Source: a virus
Length of the DNA: 64,000 bases
Virus record (IMG/VR): IMGVR_UViG_3300032265_001591
Coordinates: 1-64,000 of that record
Direction: 5' to 3' (one strand)
Part shown: in pieces, positions 7,236 through 15,850 of the stretch
Layout of the letters: each line of letters opens with the position of its first letter
Position numbering within the stretch: the first letter of the stretch is position 1
Translations under genes and position numbers: made by a program
The notes under the pieces: generated by a model
Seen by the model: the letters and a program-made list of their open reading frames with translations, nothing else
Database searches by the model: none
What the model was told of the DNA's origin: nothing

Positions 7236-7871
7236 ATGGCATTGATTCAAGCAGCACTCGATACTCTAGACTATGAACAAACAATTCGTCTAGCACAACG
7301 CATCTCACCCTATGTAGATATCATTGAACTCGGCACTCCATGTGTCAAATATAATGGTATTCGTATTGTTGAAACTGTTCACACATTGATTCCAAAGTGT
7401 CTAACACTTGCCGATCTTAAGACGATGGATGCTGGGTATTATGAAGCATTACCATTCTACGAAGTTGGGGCTGATATCGTCACCGTTCTTGGTGCTGCTG
7501 ATGCTGGTACAATCAAAGGAGTAGTTGAAGCGTCTAAGACTACTAAAGCCCAAGCACAAGTTGATCTTATTAATGTAAAGAATAAGCTAGAAACAGTTGC
7601 ACTTGCTTATGAGCTTGGTGCTCATATTATTGGTGTACATACTGGACTAGATCAGCAAGCAAAAGGTCAGACTCCTTTTGAAGATCTAAGGAAAGTTCAG
7701 CAAATGAAAGTTGGTCTAAAGATCTCTGTTGCTGGTGGTATCAATAAAGATACTGTTCGTCAAGCAATTGATGCTGGTGCTGATATCGTTGTAGTAGGTG
7801 CAGCGATCTACGGTGCTGCTGATCCTGTTCGCGCTGCAGCTGAGATTTGGGAAGCTGTTGAACGTGGCTAA
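7236..7871 (+). CDS. hxlA: 3-hexulose-6-phosphate synthase (HPS, RuMP pathway)
   Basis: ALD, IELGTP, DLKTMDAG, GVHTGLDQQA.GQTPF, VAGG, GAAIYGA motifs typical of methylotroph HPS. Confidence 0.95.
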   Translation: MALIQAALDTLDYEQTIRLAQRISPYVDIIELGTPCVKYNGIRIVETVHTLIPKCLTLADLKTMDAGYYEALPFYEVGADIVTVLGAADAGTIKGVVEASKTTKAQAQVDLINVKNKLETVALAYELGAHIIGVHTGLDQQAKGQTPFEDLRKVQQMKVGLKISVAGGINKDTVRQAIDAGADIVVVGAAIYGAADPVRAAAEIWEAVERG

Positions 7872-8430
7872 TTATTCTGATGTTCTTGATATTGTAAGAG
7901 ACGAACTACTTTATACCGAAAAGGAAACATGTCAGCAGCTTATTGATGTACTCATTCATACGATAAGTCGGAAAGAACATTATAACGGTGGAAGAGTGTT
8001 TATTGCTGCTGCTGGTAGATCTAAGATGGTTGCCAATATGTTTGCGATGCGAATGATGCATTGTGGGCTAAATGTGCAGGTAGTTGGAGAAACTACTACA
8101 ACTCAGATAACGAGATTTGATTCGCTTCTTCTTGTTTCCGGTTCGGGTGAGACTAAGCAGTTAATTACTTTTGCTGAGAAGGCAAAGTCAGTTCGTTCTG
8201 AAGTATTGTTAGTTACAGCAAATCCAACTTCTACTCTTAGGAATATGGCTGATGAGGTTTTTCAGATTGGTCCATCAAGTAGAGCTCTGTCTACAAACAA
8301 GAATCTTCCTCTTGGTAGCAGGTTTGAACTCTCTACTATGATATTCTTTGAGACAGTCATTCTTAATTTTATGGAACAACTTCAATTAAATGAAGATAAT
8401 CTAAGAGACTGTCATACTAACTTAGAATAA
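7864..8430 (+). CDS. hxlB: 6-phospho-3-hexuloisomerase (PHI, SIS fold)
   Basis: AGRS, FAMR.MH.G, VVGE, SGSGET, PLGSRFE, HTNLE C-terminus; GTG start overlapping hxlA stop. Confidence 0.92.
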   Translation: MANYSDVLDIVRDELLYTEKETCQQLIDVLIHTISRKEHYNGGRVFIAAAGRSKMVANMFAMRMMHCGLNVQVVGETTTTQITRFDSLLLVSGSGETKQLITFAEKAKSVRSEVLLVTANPTSTLRNMADEVFQIGPSSRALSTNKNLPLGSRFELSTMIFFETVILNFMEQLQLNEDNLRDCHTNLE

Positions 8431-8439
8431 TAAATAGTA

Positions 8440-8753
8440 TTGTTGGTATGGTCGTATGAAGTAAAGGGAAGGTATTCTGGACGCGGGTGCGAATCCCGCC
8501 ACCTCCACCAAAAGCATATTGGGATAAGCTTTCGTGTTTAGGCTTTAGAGTGCCGTATTAACGCCAATATGCTTTTGACGGGGGTGACTAGATTCGACAG
8601 GGTAAGATACTGATACAGACGACTCGGTAGGCGATGACCGTAAATCAAGCAAAAAATATAAAAGCCAACGATGACTTTTACGGAGATTATGCACTAGCTG
8701 CATAATTCTTCTGGGGTTTCGCCAGCTGTCCTTATTACCCAATCAGCTGGCAC
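8440..8753 (+). ncRNA. ssrA: Circularly permuted (two-piece) tmRNA
   Basis: T-arm and CACCUCC-A-CCA end at 8510 precede a hairpin spacer and the GGGGGUG 5' acceptor strand at 8580 (G3.U70 pair); tag frame 8664-8705 ANDDFYGDYALAA*; outer ends approximate. Confidence 0.9.
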
Positions 8754-8776
8754 TATTTAATCATTAGAGTTTTATT

Positions 8777-9205
8777 ATGGATACTCACCCGCGAAAGCGG
8801 AATCAAAAGATTCTTGACTTCCTCTCCAAAGCCGCTGAAGCCGCAGACCATGCCGGTATACGTGCTAAGTTAGCAGCCGCAGTTGTCATCAAAAATGAGA
8901 TTATTTCAATTGGATTCAATCGTAGAAAAACTCATCCCTTTCAAGCACAGTTTCAAACAAATGAACAACAGATTTATTTACATGCTGAAACCGATGCTAT
9001 CAATCGAGCACTCAAATACGTAACAAAAGAAGAGTTGCGCAAAGCTACTCTTTACGTTGCTCGTGTAAAATATAAAGACGGACGAAATAAACAAGCTATT
9101 TGGGCTGAGAGCAAACCGTGTATTGGTTGCCAAAAAGCCATCAAATCATATGGAATTGTTAATGTTATTCATACTTGCGATGGGGGTGTATACAAATCTA
9201 TCTAA
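8777..9205 (+). CDS. Cytidine/dCMP deaminase-family zinc protein
   Basis: HAE and PCxxC motifs. Confidence 0.8.
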   Translation: MDTHPRKRNQKILDFLSKAAEAADHAGIRAKLAAAVVIKNEIISIGFNRRKTHPFQAQFQTNEQQIYLHAETDAINRALKYVTKEELRKATLYVARVKYKDGRNKQAIWAESKPCIGCQKAIKSYGIVNVIHTCDGGVYKSI

Positions 9206-9241
9206 TAAATAGAAGATAACAGTTTCATTCAGGAATAGTCT

Positions 9242-10369
9242 ATGTTATCTTTTGTTCAATACATACTAGAAGTAGCTTTAAGTGCAAGCGGTAACCGCGC
9301 AGAATATCATGCTTCTAAATATTTGGACCCATATATCGGTGGGCATGAAACAGTTAAGCATGTACTTAATGCACCAACTCAAATAGGTGATATTTTACAC
9401 CCTGCCGGCACAGAGATTACTGTTCATGCTTCACGTGATGAACATGGTAATAGGATTACTAGAGGAAAGCATGGAGCTTTTCATAGTGTTGTATCTGTAA
9501 ATGGCGGCCCTCGTCATGAAATTTCAAATTCTAGGATTAAAAAACCTAATTTAGGTAATGCTAATGCAAACAATAAAGCATTTGCTGATGCATTTGAAGC
9601 ATATACTGTAAAAAGAATACATCATATGACAACACATAATAATGATGATCCAGTTCATAAAAAAAGAATGGCAGATATTCAACGTGCTTTTAATGAAGCA
9701 GCTAGTAAAATTCCAATGCATTTGCGTAAAAGAGCAAAAACCTTAGGTAAAAGAGCGGCAAACGCATATCTAAAAAGTTTAGAGAGTCAAGGAATAACTA
9801 AAGATGATATACATGAAGTTCATTTGACCAATAAAGGAATAAGCAACGCAATTGGAAGAGAAGTTTCACGTCGCAATAATCCACATGATATAATCATAAA
9901 AACTAAAGATGGTAAATTTCACGGAGCTTCATTAAAAGCTAGTGAAGGCACAGTGAGTAATAATGGTCTAAAGACATTTGATGAACATTCAATATTTAAT
10001 GGTAAACCTACCAATATAAAAGGAGCGTGGGTAGCACAATCAAATGGAAATGCTGCGGCTGAACACCATGCAAATATGTTTAATTCAGCAAATGATAAAG
10101 AAAAAAAAGATCACTTGCATTACTTACTTAAAAGTCATCCTGATGTGCCATATCATTATGTAGTTGCTGATCAAGATAAATCTATATCCATTGAAAACCA
10201 TCCTGTTATAAAAGCAATAAATAAAGCAACAAAAATAACAGCTGAACGTAGAGGTGCAAATGTTCATTTCTATGATCAAGATGGAAAACACTTAGCTTAC
10301 GTGGAACATCGTCGTCCAGGTAAAGGAAAATCACCACAAGCAAATGCTAAATTTGGGAGTTTAAAATGA
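9242..10369 (+). CDS. His-rich protein, possible PD-(D/E)XK nuclease fold, capsid-targeting-like N-terminus
   Basis: MLSFVQYILE; NPHDIIIK...GASLK. Confidence 0.55.
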   Translation: MLSFVQYILEVALSASGNRAEYHASKYLDPYIGGHETVKHVLNAPTQIGDILHPAGTEITVHASRDEHGNRITRGKHGAFHSVVSVNGGPRHEISNSRIKKPNLGNANANNKAFADAFEAYTVKRIHHMTTHNNDDPVHKKRMADIQRAFNEAASKIPMHLRKRAKTLGKRAANAYLKSLESQGITKDDIHEVHLTNKGISNAIGREVSRRNNPHDIIIKTKDGKFHGASLKASEGTVSNNGLKTFDEHSIFNGKPTNIKGAWVAQSNGNAAAEHHANMFNSANDKEKKDHLHYLLKSHPDVPYHYVVADQDKSISIENHPVIKAINKATKITAERRGANVHFYDQDGKHLAYVEHRRPGKGKSPQANAKFGSLK

Positions 10370-11313
10370 AATCATTTATTACATTCATCGTTGAATCAAT
10401 AAGACAAGGATTGCCACATATCACAAAGATGACTCGTGATCAATTTGACAATTTAACTAAAGATGGTAAAGTTCATTTAAATAAGATTACCGAAAAGACT
10501 GATGGCATGACCCATATGATGGGGTATGATGAACATGGGTTTTATACTCAAAGTTCTGGTTCAGGCAATGAGAAAATGAGAAGTCCTCAAGATTTTGTTG
10601 ATAGAGCAACAAGAAGATCACAAGAAACAGGCAAACCTCTTGATCTTACTGCAGCAAATTCATTTGGTCATATTCATAAGATTCTTCATGCTAACCAAGG
10701 CTTACAAGATCATTTAAGATCACAGTTTGAAAAAACTGGACAAGAAGTTAAAGTTCGTGGTGAAGCTTTTTATAAACCACTTTCGACTCCATCTGAAACA
10801 ACTCCAGGTGAAATTAAATTTGTTGGCACTTCATATGATCCTTCACATATGGGATCAGTTGGTAAATATGTTATTCATTCACAATTACCAGAAAATCATC
10901 ATGTAGATCTTGAGCATTTCAAATCACACTTATCTACACCTGAAATGAATTTTGATGATGATATCATTAAGCATAAGCCTGCGCATCTTGATGTATCTGA
11001 TGAAGTTAAAGATTATCATGGATTAAATCATGAACTTCTTGCTGCAAGAACATCTCCAAAAAATAAAGAAGCTAAAGAAGCAGAGAATGCTAAATTTGAT
11101 GCCATCAAGCAAAGAGTATCTGATAAAGTCGATGCTCATTTCAAATCAGCGGGGTTGACTCCTAAATGGGGAAGTGGTTCAGAAGGATTTGTAGTTCATC
11201 CTTCATCTGAAAATCCTGAAGCTCCTCGATTTAAAAAAACTTCAGATGATTTTAGAGCTTATAAAGCAAATCCTGAAAATGCTGCTAACTTTAAGAAAAG
11301 GCAAACGACATGA
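10366..11313 (+). CDS. RNA/DNA ligase-like covalent nucleotidyltransferase
   Basis: Motif I TEKTDG, III RGEAF, IV SEGFVV, V RFKK; N-terminus MKSFITFIVE. Confidence 0.65.
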   Translation: MKSFITFIVESIRQGLPHITKMTRDQFDNLTKDGKVHLNKITEKTDGMTHMMGYDEHGFYTQSSGSGNEKMRSPQDFVDRATRRSQETGKPLDLTAANSFGHIHKILHANQGLQDHLRSQFEKTGQEVKVRGEAFYKPLSTPSETTPGEIKFVGTSYDPSHMGSVGKYVIHSQLPENHHVDLEHFKSHLSTPEMNFDDDIIKHKPAHLDVSDEVKDYHGLNHELLAARTSPKNKEAKEAENAKFDAIKQRVSDKVDAHFKSAGLTPKWGSGSEGFVVHPSSENPEAPRFKKTSDDFRAYKANPENAANFKKRQTT

Positions 11314-12176
11314 TTAGATTTGTACAATTTATTTTAGAAGGTGGTAATATAAAGATCGGCGACGTATCAGCCGCGCCATTTTCTGTTACTGAAAAAAATA
11401 GAAGTGAGAGAGTTAAAGACGCTAAAGATGCTTTAAGTGAATTGCATGATTCATTCCATAAAGAACATGGTGAAGAATTATTTGGTAAAAATAAAAAGGG
11501 ATTAGCAAGCGGATCTATATTTGCAGGATCAACGCGACAACTAATGGATCCAAAAATTAGTGATAGCGAATTTGCTAAACATAAATCAACTGTTGGTGAC
11601 ATGGATGTTCAGGTGATGAGAGATCATGGTGATAAACTTACATCGCATTTAACACCCGGCAAACGATTTGGTAAATATACTGTAGTTGGAACTAAGAAAC
11701 ATGGTAATGAAATTTCAGCAGTGATGAAACACGACAATGGTGAACACCATCAATTTGATTTTGAAAAAGTGCATTATGAAAATGGTGAGCCAACTCCAGC
11801 TGAACAATTTCTTCATAGTGCAAATTGGGAAGATACAAAGGCAGGAATTAAAGGTGCTCATCATAAGATCCTTTTAAATGCTGCTGGTGGCACTACACAT
11901 AAGTTTTCAATCTCACACGGTTTACGTTCAAGAACTGATGAATCTGATCCGGGCGCACAACATCCAAATGATGTGTCAGCAAGACTGTTTGGCAATAAAG
12001 CAGATCATTCAAAAGTTACTTCATTCTTAGGAGTGTCTGATTTAATTAAGAATCATATTCCTAAAGAACAACACCAAGCAATCTATGATAAATTTAAAGA
12101 AGGTGTTTCACGATTAAAAGTTGATAATGAACCTGCGCTTGCACACTTAAGAAAAACATTAGGAGTTCATGACTAA
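11310..12176 (+). CDS. Pol-beta-superfamily nucleotidyltransferase-like protein
   Basis: AGS...GDMDV...QFDF motif pattern; N-terminus MIRFVQFILE. Confidence 0.6.
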   Translation: MIRFVQFILEGGNIKIGDVSAAPFSVTEKNRSERVKDAKDALSELHDSFHKEHGEELFGKNKKGLASGSIFAGSTRQLMDPKISDSEFAKHKSTVGDMDVQVMRDHGDKLTSHLTPGKRFGKYTVVGTKKHGNEISAVMKHDNGEHHQFDFEKVHYENGEPTPAEQFLHSANWEDTKAGIKGAHHKILLNAAGGTTHKFSISHGLRSRTDESDPGAQHPNDVSARLFGNKADHSKVTSFLGVSDLIKNHIPKEQHQAIYDKFKEGVSRLKVDNEPALAHLRKTLGVHD

Positions 12177-12784
12177 TGAAGAGCTTAAGGGCATTTATCT
12201 ACGAACAAGAAGTGCATCATGTGTCCGTTGTTCCTCTGGTTGGGTTTTCACCTTTATCTCACATGGGGCATGCACATGATTTAGGCGGAACTTTATCCAA
12301 TTTGCCAGGAAGTAAACATGTTGGAATATCAGCAAAGTCTGATGTGTTTACTCCAGAAGAAAGAAAAAATGTTTTAAATAGACAATGGGGTTCTAATGTA
12401 AAAGCAGAAGTTAGCAATTCTGGTGGAGCAACAATCGCTAATGCTTTTAATTCAATGCCTAAGACTGGTAAAAAGGTATTACACATTGTCGTTGGTTCAG
12501 ATCGTCTTGGGTTTGCTGAAGGATTAAAGAACAGTCTTGAAGCAGGAAAAATAAAAGAAATGGGTGATAATAATTTTGATGAGATTCATATTCATACTCC
12601 TAAAGATGAAGATAGAAGTCATGGAATGAGTGGAACAAACATGAGACAAGCTGCAACTAATGGCGATATTGAAACGTTCCATAAACATTTAGGAACAATG
12701 TTCTCAAGACAAGAAGCTCAAGACATGATGAAAAAAACAAAAGAAGCTATTGATTCAGGTAAACTAAAAGTTAAAAGGAAATAA
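12176..12784 (+). CDS. Cytidyltransferase-like (HIGH/NMNAT fold) protein
   Basis: FSPLSHMGH, VVGSDR, MSGTNMR motifs; N-terminus MKSLRAFIYE. Confidence 0.7.
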   Translation: MKSLRAFIYEQEVHHVSVVPLVGFSPLSHMGHAHDLGGTLSNLPGSKHVGISAKSDVFTPEERKNVLNRQWGSNVKAEVSNSGGATIANAFNSMPKTGKKVLHIVVGSDRLGFAEGLKNSLEAGKIKEMGDNNFDEIHIHTPKDEDRSHGMSGTNMRQAATNGDIETFHKHLGTMFSRQEAQDMMKKTKEAIDSGKLKVKRK

Positions 12785-12788
12785 TATT

Positions 12789-13436
12789 ATGAGTTATGCT
12801 ACATTAATAAATGTGCGAAATCAATTTGTAGATGAATATAGTAATTGGCTTTGGGTTGCTCAAGATTCTGGTGCATGGATAGGGCCTTCTCAAGAGTGGG
12901 CTTCACACAAAGCAATAATACAAAAGTATGTTAAGAAATATGATTGTATAGTTCAAGCCGGTGGAAATCTTGGTCTATATCCAATGCTATATTCAAGATT
13001 ATTTAAGACAGTATATACATTTGAACCAGATCCTTTAAATTTTCATTGCTTAGTGAATAACTGCCAATATGATAATATCGTCAAAATTCAAGCTGCATTA
13101 TCTGATTCTCATGAAATGATGAAAGTGAATCGTAATGGATTTTCAAATGTTGGTGCATACACCGTAAGTAGAGATAAAACAGCAATTATTCCATCACTTA
13201 AACTTGATGATTTTGATTTTGAAACTCTTGATGCAATTCACTTAGACATTGAAAACTTTGAAGAACATGCATTACGTGGCGCAATTGAAACAATCAATAA
13301 GCATAAACCAGTTCTTCTTTTAGAAAATGGACATCGTGTTGAAGTCATGACTGAGATACTAAAATTAGGTTATGAAGTTAGAGATAGATCCGGATCAGAT
13401 ACACTTTTTATGCCAATTAAAAATATAAATAGATAA
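12789..13436 (+). CDS. FkbM-family methyltransferase
   Basis: QAGGNLG, FEPD, LDIE.FE motifs. Confidence 0.85.
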   Translation: MSYATLINVRNQFVDEYSNWLWVAQDSGAWIGPSQEWASHKAIIQKYVKKYDCIVQAGGNLGLYPMLYSRLFKTVYTFEPDPLNFHCLVNNCQYDNIVKIQAALSDSHEMMKVNRNGFSNVGAYTVSRDKTAIIPSLKLDDFDFETLDAIHLDIENFEEHALRGAIETINKHKPVLLLENGHRVEVMTEILKLGYEVRDRSGSDTLFMPIKNINR

Positions 13437-13458
13437 AATAACTTTTTGGCTTAATAAA

Positions 13459-13881
13459 ATGCTTAATTTTATAGATTTTCTCGAACAAAATCCTTTAGAA
13501 GAAGGAAATATGGCCAGAAAATGGATTAATAGACTTAAATCTATTATATCTGGTAACACACGTAGACGAAGAATTGGTAGAGAATTCGCTGCATTTGATC
13601 AACCTCCAGAAAAATCAGTTGGATTAAAGCCAAGACAGCAAAAAACATTTGCTTCAAAGACAAATGCTAGTTTACTTACTCAAGAATTTGAACATAACTC
13701 ACTAAATGAGGCTTATGATTCATTTAATGTTGTAAAAGCAGCCGGTTATGGTACTTTTATGACTGCTAGAGACCTAGGAATTAAAATAAAAGCAGGGGTT
13801 GAACAACATCCAACAGTAGAAGAGGCTATCGAAGAGATCGAAGAGATAGAGGAGAAGAAAAATGATAAACGAATTGATTAA
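13459..13881 (+). CDS. Hypothetical late protein, capsid-targeting-like N-terminus
   Basis: TATAAATA at 13424-13431; MLNFIDFLE. Confidence 0.7.
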   Translation: MLNFIDFLEQNPLEEGNMARKWINRLKSIISGNTRRRRIGREFAAFDQPPEKSVGLKPRQQKTFASKTNASLLTQEFEHNSLNEAYDSFNVVKAAGYGTFMTARDLGIKIKAGVEQHPTVEEAIEEIEEIEEKKNDKRID

Positions 13882-14140
13882 AAAGATTATTTCATGGATT
13901 AATCCTTCTACAGTTGAACCTGTAGCGCAAATTGTTGAAGTTGCTCAAGTAGTTGTCCCTGAAGTGGTTCAGGAAGTCGTAGAACCAATCGTTCAAGTTG
14001 TTGAACCTGTAGTTGTTAAGCTTGACGAAGTAAAAGTTGTTGTAGAACCAGTTATTGAAGCTAAAAAAGCAACAAAACCTCGGAAACCAAAACCTGCAAA
14101 GGGGCCTAAGCCTAAGCGCAAGTCAAAAGGAACTATGTAA
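13862..14140 (+). CDS. Hypothetical V/E/P-repeat protein with basic tail
   Basis: Low-complexity VVEP repeats then KPRKPK tail. Confidence 0.7.
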   Translation: MINELIKKIISWINPSTVEPVAQIVEVAQVVVPEVVQEVVEPIVQVVEPVVVKLDEVKVVVEPVIEAKKATKPRKPKPAKGPKPKRKSKGTM

Positions 14141-14518
14141 ATGATTCGCACAATCATTTCTGTATTTTTAATGACGGTTTCTTTAAGTGGTTGTCTTTCT
14201 TTATCCATGTTACCTAGAGATCATGACCCAGTTCTAGCTGGTGCATATATTGATACACGACTTGAGATAAATAATTTAAAGTGTGAAGCAAAAGATGATT
14301 CTTTTGTTCAGATTAGTTGGCAATCAGCGTTGTATCATAGTAAATTTCTTAAAGAGTATACTACATTCAGAAATGATCCACAAGTTGAAACGGCAAGTGG
14401 AATTAGTGTAAATCTTCAGAAAGCTTTAGATGCAAAAAATGAAAAAATGTGTAATCATTGGCTAAAATTAACACAATCTAGAATGTCTGCTCTAGAAACA
14501 GCTTGGAAGGGTCGATAA
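14141..14518 (+). CDS. Putative lipoprotein
   Basis: Signal peptide with LSGC lipobox. Confidence 0.7.
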   Translation: MIRTIISVFLMTVSLSGCLSLSMLPRDHDPVLAGAYIDTRLEINNLKCEAKDDSFVQISWQSALYHSKFLKEYTTFRNDPQVETASGISVNLQKALDAKNEKMCNHWLKLTQSRMSALETAWKGR

Positions 14519-14760
14519 TGGAAGAACTTATAAAAGAGATTCTATCTCATAAGAATGAAGATGGTGTTATTGGCGAATTAGCTAATGAACTATATAACAT
14601 AATTGAAGATCATAAAGCTGGTCAAATCACAGATGAAGATCTTAAAGAATTATTGACAGAAACTATTAATGCTTTTAAAGCACATGAAAATGCTAATAAT
14701 GAAGTAATGATTAGATGGGCAGTTAAGATTGCACAACTTGCAGCAAAGGCAATGATATAA
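14518..14760 (+). CDS. Hypothetical protein
   Basis: TAATG coupling. Confidence 0.7.
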   Translation: MEELIKEILSHKNEDGVIGELANELYNIIEDHKAGQITDEDLKELLTETINAFKAHENANNEVMIRWAVKIAQLAAKAMI

Positions 14761-15197
14761 TGAATCTCATAGATGCAGTAAAAGTAGTACTAGCAAATAA
14801 TTTTGCACTTTATCTAAAGGCTCACTATTTTCATTGGAATGTAGAAGGTCCAGATTTTGCACAATTTCATGAATTCTTTGAAAATCTTTATACTGATATC
14901 TATAGCTCAATAGATCATTTTGCAGAAGAAATTAGAGCGTTGGACGCATACGCTCCTGGATCTTTTGAACGTTACGTTGAACTTTCTCAGATCAAAGGTG
15001 AAGAAAGAATTTTAACCGCCCCAGAAATGTTACGTCAGTTGCAAATTGATAATCAGACAATGATTGCTTCTATGAATACTGCTTATAATTTAGCTAATGC
15101 AGCAAATGAAATCGGACTTTCAAATTTTATTCAAGATAGAACTGACCAACATAAAAAACACGCTTGGATGATCAGATCATTCCTTAAGGGACAATAA
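14760..15197 (+). CDS. dps: Dps/ferritin-like DNA protection protein
   Basis: HYFHWNVEG.DF..FHEFFE, D.FAEEIR, KKHAWM motifs. Confidence 0.9.
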   Translation: MNLIDAVKVVLANNFALYLKAHYFHWNVEGPDFAQFHEFFENLYTDIYSSIDHFAEEIRALDAYAPGSFERYVELSQIKGEERILTAPEMLRQLQIDNQTMIASMNTAYNLANAANEIGLSNFIQDRTDQHKKHAWMIRSFLKGQ

Positions 15198-15838
15198 TGG
15201 ATAGGTACAAGTCTTTAGAAAGTGTAATACGGGATATGCCAAAGACAGTTGCAATGTTAGACAGCGTAGAATGGCGTTATTCTCGTGTTTGTTCTACTAT
15301 TAGAAAAATGTATGAACAAGCTAATCAGATTGAAAAGCATGAAGGTGATCAATTAGCTGTTGGTACTTATATGACAAAAGAATTTGAAGAATCTCCAAAA
15401 GCACAACTTCTATTTTCAAGTTTACCTAAGGATACCAATCCAGAGCATGCTGAAAAGTGTGCAATTCTTCTTGACAAACTATTTGCTATACAAAAAAATA
15501 CTAAAGCTTCTGAGAGCGCAACAAAACAAGAAATAAGTACAGCCGAAGACTTAGTTAAACAGATTAAAATGTTTGCTGATAAAATGAATTTTGGTAATAA
15601 AATGAATTTTGTTGATGCCAATCTTAATGCTATTAAAAAATATGCTGGTGTAGTTCCAGAAATGCCAATTGCAACTACGGATAAAGAAGTTGAGCGTCTT
15701 AAGTCAAAGACGCAGCCAACTCCTCCATCTGAAAGAAACCCAGATCCAAAGAAAGATCTTGATTTAGACTCTAAGCAGTTCTTAATTCGTCGAGATCTTA
15801 AAGGTCAAAGAAAAATAAAAATTATCGACGGAGATTAA
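15197..15838 (+). CDS. Hypothetical protein
   Basis: 213-aa coupled ORF. Confidence 0.75.
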   Translation: MDRYKSLESVIRDMPKTVAMLDSVEWRYSRVCSTIRKMYEQANQIEKHEGDQLAVGTYMTKEFEESPKAQLLFSSLPKDTNPEHAEKCAILLDKLFAIQKNTKASESATKQEISTAEDLVKQIKMFADKMNFGNKMNFVDANLNAIKKYAGVVPEMPIATTDKEVERLKSKTQPTPPSERNPDPKKDLDLDSKQFLIRRDLKGQRKIKIIDGD

Positions 15839-15850
15839 CGGAGAACTAAT

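Noticed and set aside
7236-8430. hxlA-hxlB as host contamination
   Set aside because: AT-rich codon style like the phage core, and flanked directly by phage-type genes and late promoters; read-level confirmation is still advisable
8545-8742. Minus-strand 65-aa ORF
   Set aside because: Antisense to the tmRNA
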